A stretch of DNA of 64,000 nt from a bacterium. GTDB taxonomy: Bacteria; SAR324; XYD2-FULL-50-16; G965216635. The notes under the pieces are model-generated. The model did not search any database and was not told the DNA's origin. It saw only the letters and a program-made list of their open reading frames with translations. Made by a program: the position numbers and the translations under genes. Each line of letters starts with the position of its first letter. Within the stretch, counting starts at the first letter, position 1. Of this stretch, positions 30,707-40,985 are shown piece after piece. The DNA lies in assembly GCA_965216635.1 (NCBI GenBank), contig OZ244188.1:480001-544000 (forward strand). Reading direction: 5' to 3'.

Positions 30707-31213
30707 ATGACGAAAATACTACAAATCCTATTTTATCCCGATTCCATACTTTTACAAAAATCAGAAAAAATAATTCATTTTGATAAAAAACTAAAAGAAC
30801 TTTCTCAAAATATGCTCAAAACAGTGGAACATTATGAAGGTATAGGTTTAGCAGCGCCTCAAGTAGGAATTTTGAAAAGGATTTTTGTGATGAGATTAGA
30901 AGATGAAGTAACAAAAGAAATTCAAATCCATATTTGTATCAATCCTGAGATAGAGGACACAGAAGGGGAAATCATTTTTGAGGAAGCTTGTTTGTCTATC
31001 CCCACTGTGCGAGAAAAAGTAACTAGAAAAGAAAAACTAAATCTTAATTACCAAGACCTTGAAGGAAATCAAAAAAAACTTAAAGCTGAAAAACTGAAAG
31101 CGGTTTGTATTCAACACGAAATAGATCATTTGGATGGTGTTTTATTTATTCATAGGATCAGTCCCTTAAAAAGAAAGCTTCTATTGAGTAAATATAAAAA
31201 AGCAAAAAAATAA
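30707..31213 (+). CDS. def: Peptide deformylase
   Basis: GIGLAAPQ, EACLS, QHEIDHLDG. Confidence 0.98.
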   Translation: MTKILQILFYPDSILLQKSEKIIHFDKKLKELSQNMLKTVEHYEGIGLAAPQVGILKRIFVMRLEDEVTKEIQIHICINPEIEDTEGEIIFEEACLSIPTVREKVTRKEKLNLNYQDLEGNQKKLKAEKLKAVCIQHEIDHLDGVLFIHRISPLKRKLLLSKYKKAKK

Positions 31214-31552
31214 GAGATTTTTGAATTAGATATTTTAGTTCGGTAAAACAGGCTTGTTGCTAGATGTAGATTATAGAGTGTTTTGTAAGACGATATTCCT
31301 CTTGGGTAAAAAATTTTTGCGCCTTGTCTAGACTTCCTATAATGCTAAAGCTTAACAATCTCAATAAAATAGACTTTTGAATTTGCATTCTGTTTAGCCT
31401 ATGCAGCGTTGAAAAATTTTTTTAACTCTTGCCATTTGTGAAGAAATACTCTTCAGTATTCCTACGAGCTAAAAAAATTTTTCGCACCTGTTCTAACCAT
31501 TTGGCTAGCCGTCACAGCTGTTTTTGTCCTATTTGGCAAATTCAAAGGTCTA
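31214..31552 (+). mobile_element. Two adjacent palindromic elements (31214-31362 and 31370-31552)
   Basis: Family termini and arms in both copies. Confidence 0.85.
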
Positions 31553-31559
31553 TAAAATT

Positions 31560-32660
31560 ATGTCTGCAATCATTTTTAAAAAAGTAATAAAAAATTTTGA
31601 GTCAAACAAGGCTCTCTTTGAAACAGATTTTCAAATCAAAGAACGAGAATTTACGGTTTTTGTGGGACCTAGTGGGTGTGGAAAAACAACCATTTTAAGA
31701 TTGATTGCAGGGTTAGAAAATGTCACTAGTGGAGAAATTTTTATTCGGGATAAAAATGTTACTTGGGAAGCTCCAAAAAATAGAAATGTAGCTATGGTTT
31801 TTCAAAGCTATGCTCTCTACCCTCATATGAGCGTTTATGAAAACCTATGCTATCCTTTAGATATTCTAAAGTTGCCCACCAAAAAAAAAAAAGAAATCAT
31901 CAACCATACTGCCAAAAAATTAGAAATAACTGATCTTTTAGACAGAAAACCCAGCCAACTTTCAGGAGGACAAAAACAAAGGGTAGCTATAGGTAGAGCG
32001 GTAGTTCGCAAACCAGAAATTTTTCTATTAGATGAACCTTTGAGCAATTTAGATGCAAGGCTTAGAGAAACTATGCGTAGTTATATCCGTAGTATTCACG
32101 AACAACTGGGTAAAACTACGGTTTATGTGACCCACGACCAGCAAGAAGCTATGACACTTGCAGATAGAATTTTTGTTTTCAATAAAGGGAAAATGATGCA
32201 AAGTGGTACACCCCAAGAAATTTACCAAACTCCCCAAAATCTTTTTGTAGCCCAATTTTTAGGAAGCCCACCTATCAATAGTTTTTTTGTAGAGGTTACA
32301 GCAACAGAACTAATTGGAGGGTTTGGAAAAATAAAGTTAAAAGATTTAGGTGTAAAAATCAATCCACAAAAACTGCCTCAAAAAATGGTTTTTGCTATTC
32401 GTCCTCACAACCTGAAAATAAGTAATTCTCAAAGTAAAGGTTTTCTCAAAGCAAAACTGCTTTCATCGGAGTATTTAGGTTCCGAAACCCACCACCATTT
32501 CCAAGTAGGAAGGCAAAGAATACTTGTTGCAGTTCCGTTACAGCAGAATCTTGCTCCCCTTCAAAAGAGTTCTAGCTATAGCCTTGATATTTATGATAAA
32601 AAAATATTTTTCTTTAAAGATGCAGAAGACGGAGAAAATATTACTGCTTCTATTTTATAA
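31560..32660 (+). CDS. Sugar/glycerol-3-phosphate ABC transporter ATP-binding protein (MalK/UgpC family)
   Basis: GPSGCGKTT, LSGGQKQR, LDEPLSNLD, YVTHDQ, TOBE domain; start at ATG 31560. Confidence 0.93.
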   Translation: MSAIIFKKVIKNFESNKALFETDFQIKEREFTVFVGPSGCGKTTILRLIAGLENVTSGEIFIRDKNVTWEAPKNRNVAMVFQSYALYPHMSVYENLCYPLDILKLPTKKKKEIINHTAKKLEITDLLDRKPSQLSGGQKQRVAIGRAVVRKPEIFLLDEPLSNLDARLRETMRSYIRSIHEQLGKTTVYVTHDQQEAMTLADRIFVFNKGKMMQSGTPQEIYQTPQNLFVAQFLGSPPINSFFVEVTATELIGGFGKIKLKDLGVKINPQKLPQKMVFAIRPHNLKISNSQSKGFLKAKLLSSEYLGSETHHHFQVGRQRILVAVPLQQNLAPLQKSSSYSLDIYDKKIFFFKDAEDGENITASIL

Positions 32661-33392
32661 TGAAACTCTTTGTATAATTTCACTATCTCTTAGATCTAAA
32701 TCTTTTCCAGCTAAATCATCTGCCTTCCCGGAAGCCAACCAAGTTGTAAAAAGAGCTGCGGGTTTTGTGCTTGTGAGATTTTCTTTTTTGAACATGTTTT
32801 TTTTAGGCATGTTACTCTCTCTAATCACTGCCTGCATATCTGTATCTATAATGCCTGGAGCAAAAGCAAAACAACGAATATTGTCCTGGCTCAATTCTAA
32901 ATCTAAACATCTGGTAAGCATCGCAAACCCGGCTTTAGAGGTGCAGTAGGCACTCCAGTTTTCTAGGGGGCGGTGTGCAGAACCAGATGAAATATTAATA
33001 ATCCTTGAAGGAGAAGCTGCTTTCAATAAAGGATAAAAAGCATGAGTTATTCTCATTTGTCCTGTAATGTTTGTATTGATAAGGTTTTGCCATTCATCAG
33101 GATCTGCGTCACAAAATTTATCTATTGGTTGTATAATACCGGCATTATTAACGAGCACATCTAGTTTTTTATATTTTTTTAAAACAAAATTTTTGGCGTT
33201 TATTATACTTTCTTTATTGGTTATATCGCACTGTACTGCAGTGGTTGTACCACCGATTTCTGTTGCTTTTTTTTGGCAGGCTAGAAAATTTCTACCGCTG
33301 ATAATAACTTCATAATTCAAATTAGCAAACTCAACAGCAATGGCTGCTCCCAAACCCTTATTGGCTCCTGTAATTAAAACTGTTCTTTTCAT
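32655..33392 (-). CDS. Short-chain dehydrogenase/reductase
   Basis: TGANKGLG, NNAG, YCTSK. Confidence 0.93.
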   Translation of the reverse strand: MKRTVLITGANKGLGAAIAVEFANLNYEVIISGRNFLACQKKATEIGGTTTAVQCDITNKESIINAKNFVLKKYKKLDVLVNNAGIIQPIDKFCDADPDEWQNLINTNITGQMRITHAFYPLLKAASPSRIINISSGSAHRPLENWSAYCTSKAGFAMLTRCLDLELSQDNIRCFAFAPGIIDTDMQAVIRESNMPKKNMFKKENLTSTKPAALFTTWLASGKADDLAGKDLDLRDSEIIQRVSL

Positions 33393-34378
33393 TGGTAAAA
33401 TTTTTTAAGGTTAGCTTTTTCTAAAACTGCTGCTTCTCTTTCAAGAAGTTGAAAATGCCATTGCTTGGCTATCTCTTGGGCTAATTGCCAACGAGGACTT
33501 GTATTTTGTAATTGATAGCCAACATAAAAATTATTTTTATTTTGAAGTTGATGAATGCTCAAAATAGTTTTATCTGCAAGCTCTAGTTTGACTACTGTAA
33601 ATTCAGTAAGGTTTTCTTCGCTGATGCTTTCTTTGGGGGTTGTTTTTTTTATAATAGGTAAGGTTTCTAAACTTGCTAGTTGATTCAGATAGCTGTTGAT
33701 ATTTTTTTGTGCTATTTTTTTTTTCGGAGATTTTTGAGAAACAAATTTTTTCCCCTTCACTACAAATGTATCTTTTTGATTACCTTTAGCAAACTCAAAG
33801 GAGATAATTTTTTCTACATTAAAGTTGTAAAGGCTCTTGTTAAACCAATACTCTTTATCTAGTTCTAGGTCTGGTAAACTGCCTACCGAAGAGCTATAAA
33901 CCTCGTTATCTTCTGTAAAACGAATGAAACGAACCCTTTCTGGAGAGTAGTCAATTCTTCCTAAAATAATATCTAAAACTACATCATCGTTTTGAAAAAT
34001 TTTCACCCTTTGTCCATTTTCTTCTTTTCTTGCTTTGTTTTTTGCATCTGCTACCCAATACTTAAAGTGATTTACTGGTTTTCTAGCTACCAAACTTTTG
34101 ATTTTTGCAAAATTGAAATGCTGTAAAAAGGAGGCTAGCCTCCTAGGGGCTATGGGGAAATCATTTTCTTTCAGTCGCCAATCTCCTTTTGCAGTTTTTT
34201 TGATTAAGGTAAGAGTTCCTTTCCCGTTTTCAATAACAATTTTATCAATTTTATCTTCATAAACAGAAGCAATATTAGATGTTTTTTTTTTAGCTGTAGG
34301 ATTGCTAAAAAAATAAACAAGTAGAGCTATTACTGTAAGAGCAAGGATCCCAAGAATAGATTTTTTCTCCAGCATCAC
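33389..34378 (-). CDS. DUF4340-like membrane-anchored protein
   Basis: N-terminal TM; the usual partner downstream of GldG-like genes. Confidence 0.65.
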   Translation of the reverse strand: MMLEKKSILGILALTVIALLVYFFSNPTAKKKTSNIASVYEDKIDKIVIENGKGTLTLIKKTAKGDWRLKENDFPIAPRRLASFLQHFNFAKIKSLVARKPVNHFKYWVADAKNKARKEENGQRVKIFQNDDVVLDIILGRIDYSPERVRFIRFTEDNEVYSSSVGSLPDLELDKEYWFNKSLYNFNVEKIISFEFAKGNQKDTFVVKGKKFVSQKSPKKKIAQKNINSYLNQLASLETLPIIKKTTPKESISEENLTEFTVVKLELADKTILSIHQLQNKNNFYVGYQLQNTSPRWQLAQEIAKQWHFQLLEREAAVLEKANLKKFYQ

Positions 34379-36288
34379 TATTTTGTTTGTTTTTTTCTAT
34401 ATCTCTTATAAAAAACAAAAAGTCCCAAAAATAACACCAAACTAGGAACAATAATGAGATTGATTGTTTTGAGAGTGCTTTCTAAAAGTTCTATATCTTG
34501 ACGGAGTAATTTTCTAATTTCACGTAGTTCTATTCTAGTATTTTTTTCTCTTTCTTGAAATTTTTTGATTTTTTGGATCTGCTCTTTATCTAGGATGATT
34601 TCGTTGCTACCGGTTTGTGGTTGAAGTTGGTCTAATTGTTGTTGAATTTGAATTAGTTCGTTCTTTAGTTGTTGCTCTACTTGTTGGTAATTATTTTGAG
34701 CTTCTTTTTCTAGGTCGTTAATTTTATCAAAAGGACGAGAAAATTTTCCTCGCGAGCGAATAGCAAATAATTTATCAGAACCACTAAAGTAATCTACAAG
34801 ATTTAAGAATAGTCCTAAATTGTCGTTGACTGGTTGAACTATTGTTTGCCCTAACGCCTGAAATTTTTGTACACTAAAAGGATCGCTCATCCAATCTGCA
34901 TCACTGATGAGCAAAGCACGAGCATCTTTTTTAGAGTTTTTCAAATGAGGATTTTTGAAATTTTCGCCTAGTTCGAGATTGCTAAAGGATGGTCTTTGTT
35001 GAAATGCAGAAGTGAATTTCCCATTGAGTAGTGCAATTAAATGATACTGTTTGTCCATTCTTTGTAAAGAATTAGCCACAGTGGTGGGATTAGAACGGGG
35101 TAATAACTGACTGAAGAAAACACCTGTAGTGTTGCTTGTGCTAAGCAACGGGCGGAAGGTTAAATTTTTATTTGCTTCGCTTTTAGAAAAAATAAAGCCA
35201 CCGGGTTCTGGGATTAAAATGCTCTCCAAATTTTCTAGAGCAGGTATAGTTTTTAAAAGAGCTTCTCCTTCAATATCGTGCCATAATGGGTAAGGTGCTG
35301 TTTGAATTCCAGAACGAAGAATATGGGGGTTTTCTAAATCTGCAATAACATTTTCTACTTTATAATCTATTTCCCAATGCCGAAAAAGAGTTGGTAAATC
35401 ACTAGCACTAATCACAGGAGGTCTGCCAGCTACATTTTGGGTATCTATTCTGGCAAAAGAATCTACAACTACAATCAATTTTCCTTTTTTAAGTAAAAAT
35501 TGATCTATCGCATATTCTGTAGCTAGTGCTCTAGACTGTTCTTCTTTTGTGGGGTTAGAGACTAAACTTTTAGGATGAAAAACAAGTAAAATATCTATAT
35601 TATCATCAATCTCCCATTCTTCTTTGCTGATAATTTCTACATTGTAAAACTTGGAAAGTTCATTATAAAAAGCCCAACTAGTATTAGGTTGAAAGGGATT
35701 ACCTCCCACACCTATTTCATCCATAATAGCAAGGTTCATTTTTTTGTTATTTTGGATTTTATAAATTCTTTGTGTGATATCATATTCTAAAGAAGATTCT
35801 GTTCTTAAATCAAAAAAGCGAAGTGTTTCTTGATTATCTCCTTGTAGAATAGCCAGTCCCAAAAAAAATTTATAAGCAGAACCAATATCAGCTTCTGCTA
35901 GATTGTATCCTTTAGCAGCCTGTTCTTCGTCAGAGTCTGGTTTAGGATCCAATATTTCTAATACAAGGTTTTGAGGGTTTAAAAGGGTATATTCTTTTAA
36001 AATTTCCTCTATTCTTTTTGCATATTGTCGATAGGTTTGGGGAATATCTTTGTTAGCTTGAGAAAAAAAAAATTTGATGGTAGTGAGTTCATCTATTTCT
36101 TTGATTATACTTTTTGTTCCGTCAGAAAGAGTATAGAGATTTTCTTCTGTGGCATCTATGCGAAAAAATAATTTGCTTGAAATAAAATTTAAAGCCACAA
36201 AACCAACAAAAGCGAACAGTAAATTCAGGGCAATATTTTTCTTAAAAATTTTGACAAAATCAAATTTTGTAAAGATAGTTTTTTTCAT
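34378..36288 (-). CDS. GldG-family ABC transporter auxiliary component
   Basis: RID.TEENLYTLS.GT, LEYDIT, IDQFL..G, N..LFLNLVDY, IRSRG...RPF; start most likely 36288. Confidence 0.88.
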   Translation of the reverse strand: MKKTIFTKFDFVKIFKKNIALNLLFAFVGFVALNFISSKLFFRIDATEENLYTLSDGTKSIIKEIDELTTIKFFFSQANKDIPQTYRQYAKRIEEILKEYTLLNPQNLVLEILDPKPDSDEEQAAKGYNLAEADIGSAYKFFLGLAILQGDNQETLRFFDLRTESSLEYDITQRIYKIQNNKKMNLAIMDEIGVGGNPFQPNTSWAFYNELSKFYNVEIISKEEWEIDDNIDILLVFHPKSLVSNPTKEEQSRALATEYAIDQFLLKKGKLIVVVDSFARIDTQNVAGRPPVISASDLPTLFRHWEIDYKVENVIADLENPHILRSGIQTAPYPLWHDIEGEALLKTIPALENLESILIPEPGGFIFSKSEANKNLTFRPLLSTSNTTGVFFSQLLPRSNPTTVANSLQRMDKQYHLIALLNGKFTSAFQQRPSFSNLELGENFKNPHLKNSKKDARALLISDADWMSDPFSVQKFQALGQTIVQPVNDNLGLFLNLVDYFSGSDKLFAIRSRGKFSRPFDKINDLEKEAQNNYQQVEQQLKNELIQIQQQLDQLQPQTGSNEIILDKEQIQKIKKFQEREKNTRIELREIRKLLRQDIELLESTLKTINLIIVPSLVLFLGLFVFYKRYRKKQTK

Positions 36289-36302
36289 TTTTCTATATTG
36301 AA

Positions 36303-36486
36303 TAGACTTTTGAGTTTGCATTCGGTTTAGCCTATGCAGAGTTGAATTTTTTTTTTAACTCTTGCCATTTGTGAAGAAATGCTCTTCAGTATTCCTGCGA
36401 GCTAAAAATTTTTTTCGCACTTTTCTAAATAATCCATCTGGCTAGCCCCAATAGTTAAATAAGCATCAGCGAAATTCAAAGGTCTA
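36303..36486 (+). mobile_element. Palindromic element
   Basis: TAGACTTTTGAGTTTGC...CGAAATTCAAAGGTCTA. Confidence 0.88.
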
Positions 36487-36555
36487 TTATAGATTATCTA
36501 GGCAAAATGATAAAATCAAGAAAAGTTTTAAAGATTAATTTTTAGAAATTAGCTT

Positions 36556-37440
36556 TTAAAAGTTTAGGGCTGCGCCATAAGCTATAGAAAATAAAAGTAT
36601 AAAAATACATTGTTTTTTTAAGAGTTGGTTATATTTTTCATCCATTTCACCTAAAGCAAAAGTCAAGTGAATTAGGGGTAAAAAAATAAGTAGAATTAAC
36701 CCTTGATACCAATACGAAAATCTATAATAAGCAGCAATCAAATAAATTATAAAGCTCGTTAGTACAAGTATTTTTTGGTAGATTTTGGCTTTTTGTTCTC
36801 CTAGTCTAACGGCAACAGTCTGACGACCTTTTTTTTTATCTGTGGATAAGTCTCTAATGTTATTGAGGTTTAGTACGGAAACACTCAAACATCCCATTGC
36901 ACAAGATTCTAGTAGTAAAGAATAGTGATAGTTTCCCGTTAATAAAAAGTAGCTACCAATCACTGCCACAGGACCAAAATAAAGAAACACAAAAATATCT
37001 CCCAAACCTGTAGAGCTATGGGGATTTTTTCCTAAACTATATCTTAAAGCAGTGCTAATACAAGTAAATCCAATAAAAAACCAAATCCAAAAGTATATAG
37101 ATTTTATATTTTCAAAAGCAAAAAATAAAAGAATTAGTCCAAAAAATACAGCTAAAGAAATATTTATAAGTAGTGCTATCTTTATTTTTCTTTTAGAAAT
37201 TTTTCCCGATTGCAACATCCTTTCAAAACCAATTCTATTCTTATCATCTATTTTTCTAATACCATCTCCATAATCATTGGCAATATTGGCAACAATTTGA
37301 AGGCTAGTGGCAGTGAGCAGTATTAAAACACTTAAGCTCCAAGAAAAAAAACCATCTCTAAGGGATAAGAAAATCCCTATACCAATAGAGGCAAAAACTA
37401 AAGGAAGAGTATGAATTCTAATAAGTTGAAGGTAGGGCAT
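36556..37440 (-). CDS. menA: 1,4-dihydroxy-2-naphthoate polyprenyltransferase
   Basis: R.HTLP, NIANDYGD, NNIRD..TD...G..T.AVRLG. Confidence 0.93.
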   Translation of the reverse strand: MPYLQLIRIHTLPLVFASIGIGIFLSLRDGFFSWSLSVLILLTATSLQIVANIANDYGDGIRKIDDKNRIGFERMLQSGKISKRKIKIALLINISLAVFFGLILLFFAFENIKSIYFWIWFFIGFTCISTALRYSLGKNPHSSTGLGDIFVFLYFGPVAVIGSYFLLTGNYHYSLLLESCAMGCLSVSVLNLNNIRDLSTDKKKGRQTVAVRLGEQKAKIYQKILVLTSFIIYLIAAYYRFSYWYQGLILLIFLPLIHLTFALGEMDEKYNQLLKKQCIFILLFSIAYGAALNF

Positions 37441-37485
37441 TGAAGTTTTTAATAATCAAGTTGCGGTAGGTTTTTGAATATAGAT

Positions 37486-37520
37486 AAAAAAAGGGAACAA
37501 AAAATTTGTTCCCTTTTTTT
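37486..37520. terminator. Bidirectional intrinsic terminator
   Basis: A7-GGGAACAAA-loop-TTTGTTCCC-T7. Confidence 0.7.
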
Positions 37521-37610
37521 CTATAAAAAATAAAAATGCTATAGAAAATAAAATTGCTATAGAAAATAAAATTGCTATAAAAAATAAAATTGCTATAAAA
37601 AATAAAATTG
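37521..37610. repeat. 18-bp tandem repeat x5 (CTATA[A/G]AAAATAAAATTG)
   Basis: Five contiguous units between the terminator and an element end. Confidence 0.92.
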
Positions 37611-37611
37611 T

Positions 37612-37905
37612 TAGAGATTTTTGAATTAGTGTTATGTGACGGCTAGCCAAATGGTTAGAACAGGTGCAAAAAAATTTTTTAGCTCGCTGGAATACTGAAG
37701 AGCATTTCTTCACAAATGGCAAGAGTTAAATTTTTTTTTAATGGCGTACGTAGTTCTACAATAATGGGATCAGGGCGATACAAAACTTGCATTAAGCAAG
37801 AACGAACTGTGAAACAGCCAAAGGGCTGTTTCACAAATAGCCCATAAAAAGCGTCAAGTAATAAGCTTTGTTTTGGCTAAACAGAACGCTAATTCAAAAG
37901 TCTCT
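37612..37905 (-). mobile_element. Palindromic element with cassette
   Basis: AGAGATTTTTGAATTAG...CTAATTCAAAAGTCTCT; hairpin at 37809-37834. Confidence 0.87.
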
Positions 37906-37906
37906 G

Positions 37907-39070
37907 TTATATTTCATCCACAGTCATATCATCACCTATAGAAGAATCTTCGGGTATATTCTTAGTAGTTTGTGTTACTTGCTCGGTAGACTGCCCTGTT
38001 GTTGAAGTAGTTTGTGCTACTTGCTTTGTAGACTGCGTTTCATCAAAGCTTTCCTTAGAATCTGAAGTAGGATCTGATGCTTTATTAATGAATACAGAAA
38101 AATCAGTAAACTTCTTAAAATCAACAGTATCATCTACATACCTTGCAGTTCTGATAGACAAAGTGTCGTAAAGAGCTTTGGACCTATCACTAGCGTCTAT
38201 TAACGCTGGTGTGTCTATTTGATTGATAGTATCGTAGACATAGTCTCCAGCAATTTCTCCGTATCTTTTTACAGGATCATCTGTCACAACTGTAGAAAAT
38301 TTAATGTTATTAATCAATTTTTTGCGAACATTCTCTTTATTTTTTATTCTTTTAAGCAATTCTCCAACTTCTTTCAATAGCAAAGAATCAGAAAGTCTTA
38401 GATACCCTTGATCTGCTACTTCGTCATAAGTCACAAGATTATGATGTAACACAATTTCCATATTGTAATAGATCTGCTGAATTATCATTGCTCCTTCAGA
38501 TACTGGAATAAAAAAGGATGTCGGGTTCATTTTTTCGCCGTAAAGTAAAATACGATATCCAATATGAATATCTAAATGTTCTCTAAGTACCGCAGAAAAC
38601 ATAAATTCTTTCATATGGGGCAGTTTATCTGCTTCAAATTCTATATTCTCAATCACTTTACTAGCTATATCAGGTCTGGTAGCTATGCTCTTACAAATTA
38701 ACTCTAACTCTCTTCTCAAACCAGAAGAATCAAATCCTTCCATAACAGTATTTGCTATACCATAGTGGTAAATTTTAGGGTCTGCCATATCATAGTAAGA
38801 TTGCATGCTGACATATACCAAATCGGCAAGATTAGCAACAATTCTATCTTCATTAGCATTACAAGGCAAGCTGAAAATGGCTCGCTCAGGATCAGCATGC
38901 CTAGAATCTAGTGTGATTCTAGCTGCAGCATCAACAAAGATATATCCACGAATATTTTCTTTTATCGTTTTTTTAATTTTGTCTGCTTGACTGTATCTTT
39001 TGTAAATATCTCTACCTAAGAGGTAAGCACGACCATCCTTACAAAAGTCTCTACTAAATTGTGATTTCAT
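37907..39070 (-). CDS. Hypothetical protein with Thr/Ser/Gln-rich C-terminal tail
   Basis: 387-aa ORF; no family recognised. Confidence 0.75.
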   Translation of the reverse strand: MKSQFSRDFCKDGRAYLLGRDIYKRYSQADKIKKTIKENIRGYIFVDAAARITLDSRHADPERAIFSLPCNANEDRIVANLADLVYVSMQSYYDMADPKIYHYGIANTVMEGFDSSGLRRELELICKSIATRPDIASKVIENIEFEADKLPHMKEFMFSAVLREHLDIHIGYRILLYGEKMNPTSFFIPVSEGAMIIQQIYYNMEIVLHHNLVTYDEVADQGYLRLSDSLLLKEVGELLKRIKNKENVRKKLINNIKFSTVVTDDPVKRYGEIAGDYVYDTINQIDTPALIDASDRSKALYDTLSIRTARYVDDTVDFKKFTDFSVFINKASDPTSDSKESFDETQSTKQVAQTTSTTGQSTEQVTQTTKNIPEDSSIGDDMTVDEI

Positions 39071-39103
39071 ACTTATGTGTGTATTGGTTAAAAATTGCTA
39101 AAA

Positions 39104-39385
39104 TAGACCTTTGAATTTGCATTCTGTTTAGCCAAAACAAGCTTATTGCTTTCACTCTATACAGACTTTAGCAAAAGAGCCACTGGCTCTTTTGCAGTCT
39201 ATATTGTGTTAGCTTTAAGTTTTGTAATGCATTGCACTACGCTATTGAAAAATTTTTTTAACTCCTTCCATTTGTGAAGAAATGCTCTTCAGTATTCCTA
39301 CGAGCTAAAAATTTTTTTCGCACCTGCTCCAACCATTTGGCTAGCCCCAATAGTGGGATAAGCATCAGCGAAATTCAAAAGTGTA
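39104..39385 (+). mobile_element. Palindromic element with cassette (inverted partner of 40351-40631)
   Basis: TAGACCTTTGAATTTGC start; hairpin at 39171-39195. Confidence 0.9.
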
Positions 39386-39472
39386 TAAAAACAAGTTAAT
39401 TATAACAAAAAAAATAAAAAAAGCAAATATAAATTAAAATTTTTTCAAAAAACATAGAAAATATCAGAAAAA

Positions 39473-40282
39473 TCAGTCTTTTGCAAGTAATTTACTTTTT
39501 TTATAAGCACTAGATAAACAATTTTTTATGATTTTATCTACATTTTCTCTTTTCAAAACTCGCATCCCCGCCTCTGTAGTGCCTCCTTTGGTGCAAACTT
39601 CGTCAATAAGTTCGGTTAACTGTTTTTTTGATTGATTTGCAAAAAAAGTAGAGTTTATAAAACAATTGTGAACAATTTCTTTTGCTAAAACATCAGAAAG
39701 CCCGAGTTCTACAGCAGAATCATAGAAACTTCTCAATAGATAAAACACAAATCCAGTGCCACTACCAGAAATAGCAGTGCAAATATCCAATTTATTCTCA
39801 CTATCTACTTCTAGGCATTTACCTAAATTTTGAAAAATTTTTAAGAATTTTTCTTTTTTTTCTGCTGTTATCTCTGAAGTTTGGCAAAAAATTGTCAAAC
39901 CCATACTGATAGTAATGGGTAAACTGGGTATTGCCCTAATAATAGCTATATTAGGCTGTATTTTTTTGATAGATTCAAAAGAATAACCCGCCATCACAGA
40001 AATAAGCAGTGAATTAGAGTGAAATTTTATTTCTTGTAAAATTTTTGTTGCTTTTTGAGGAGGAACAGCAAAAACGATGCTATCTTTAGTCTCCACATTG
40101 AGTTGCTCCGCTCTACTAAATTGTAGACTATGAGCTAAATGAACTAACTTTTTTTTTAGTTTTAAAGGTTCTCTACTTACAACTACAACTGAGCTGTCAG
40201 GATACACTTTTAGAATAGATTCTAAAATAGGTAGACCCATTTTTCCGCAACCAACCAAAAAAATTTTTTCCTTACTTTTCAT
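39473..40282 (-). CDS. proC: Pyrroline-5-carboxylate reductase
   Basis: GCGKMG, ISVMAG, TAISGSG, VCTKGGTTEAG. Confidence 0.92.
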   Translation of the reverse strand: MKSKEKIFLVGCGKMGLPILESILKVYPDSSVVVVSREPLKLKKKLVHLAHSLQFSRAEQLNVETKDSIVFAVPPQKATKILQEIKFHSNSLLISVMAGYSFESIKKIQPNIAIIRAIPSLPITISMGLTIFCQTSEITAEKKEKFLKIFQNLGKCLEVDSENKLDICTAISGSGTGFVFYLLRSFYDSAVELGLSDVLAKEIVHNCFINSTFFANQSKKQLTELIDEVCTKGGTTEAGMRVLKRENVDKIIKNCLSSAYKKSKLLAKD

Positions 40283-40350
40283 ATTGTCCAGTTGTTTTAG
40301 CAAAAAATTTTCCTTGCAAAATCAAACAAAATTCCTTTATATATATCATA

Positions 40351-40631
40351 TAGACCTTTGAATTTCGCTGATGCTTACCTCACTATTGGGGCTAGCCAAA
40401 TGGCTAGAAAAGTGCGAAAAAAATTTTTAGCTCGTAGGAATACTGAAGAGCATTTATTCACAAATGGCAAGAGTTAAAAAATTTTTTCAATGGCGTAGTG
40501 CAATGCATTACAAAACTTAAAGCTAACACAATATAGACTGCAAAAGAGCTACTGGCTCTTTTGCTAAAGTCTGTATAGAGTGAAAGCAATAAGCTTGTTT
40601 TGGCTAAACAGAATGCAAATTTAAAAGTCTA
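40351..40631 (-). mobile_element. Palindromic element with cassette (inverted partner of 39104-39385)
   Basis: Its reverse complement aligns end to end with 39104-39385. Confidence 0.9.
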
Positions 40632-40985
40632 GAGTATTTCAAGGGACAATTTTTTTTTTAAAATAGTGTAGTGCCACAATAATGGGAGCAGGCACTACAA
40701 AATTTAGCGTTCTAACCAAGAATGAAATGTGAAACAGCCTGTCTGAAGTTTTAAGCAATAAGCTCTTTTTGGCTAAACTAATGCAAAGATCTCTAGGTAA
40801 GTCTTTGAAAAAAGGCTGATACCTTTGTAGGCATTCTAGTTCGGCGAAACAGCTTTATCGTTTTTACTTCACATAAACTTTAACAAAAGAGCTATGAGAT
40901 CTTTTGCTGTCCATTTATGTTAACGTCAAGTTTTGTGATGTCTTGCAAGACGCCATTTTAAAAATTTTTTGTCCTTAAAATCCCA
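40632..40985. mobile_element. Two back-to-back half elements (40632-40795 reverse; about 40819-40980 forward), each truncated at the apical loop
   Basis: AGTATTTCAAGGGACAA...GGCTAAACTAATGCAAAGATCTC and ACCTTTG..GCATTCTAGTTCGGC...TTTTGTCCTTAAAAT. Confidence 0.7.

Noticed and set aside
37521..37610. CRISPR or iteron array
   Set aside because: Contiguous AT-rich 18-mers without spacers; no rep or cas gene nearby.
37456..37722. ORFs starting MPFVKKCS (also 51358-51561) and ORF 45388-45603
   Set aside because: They are translations of the palindromic elements and tandem repeat; frames are not preserved among copies.
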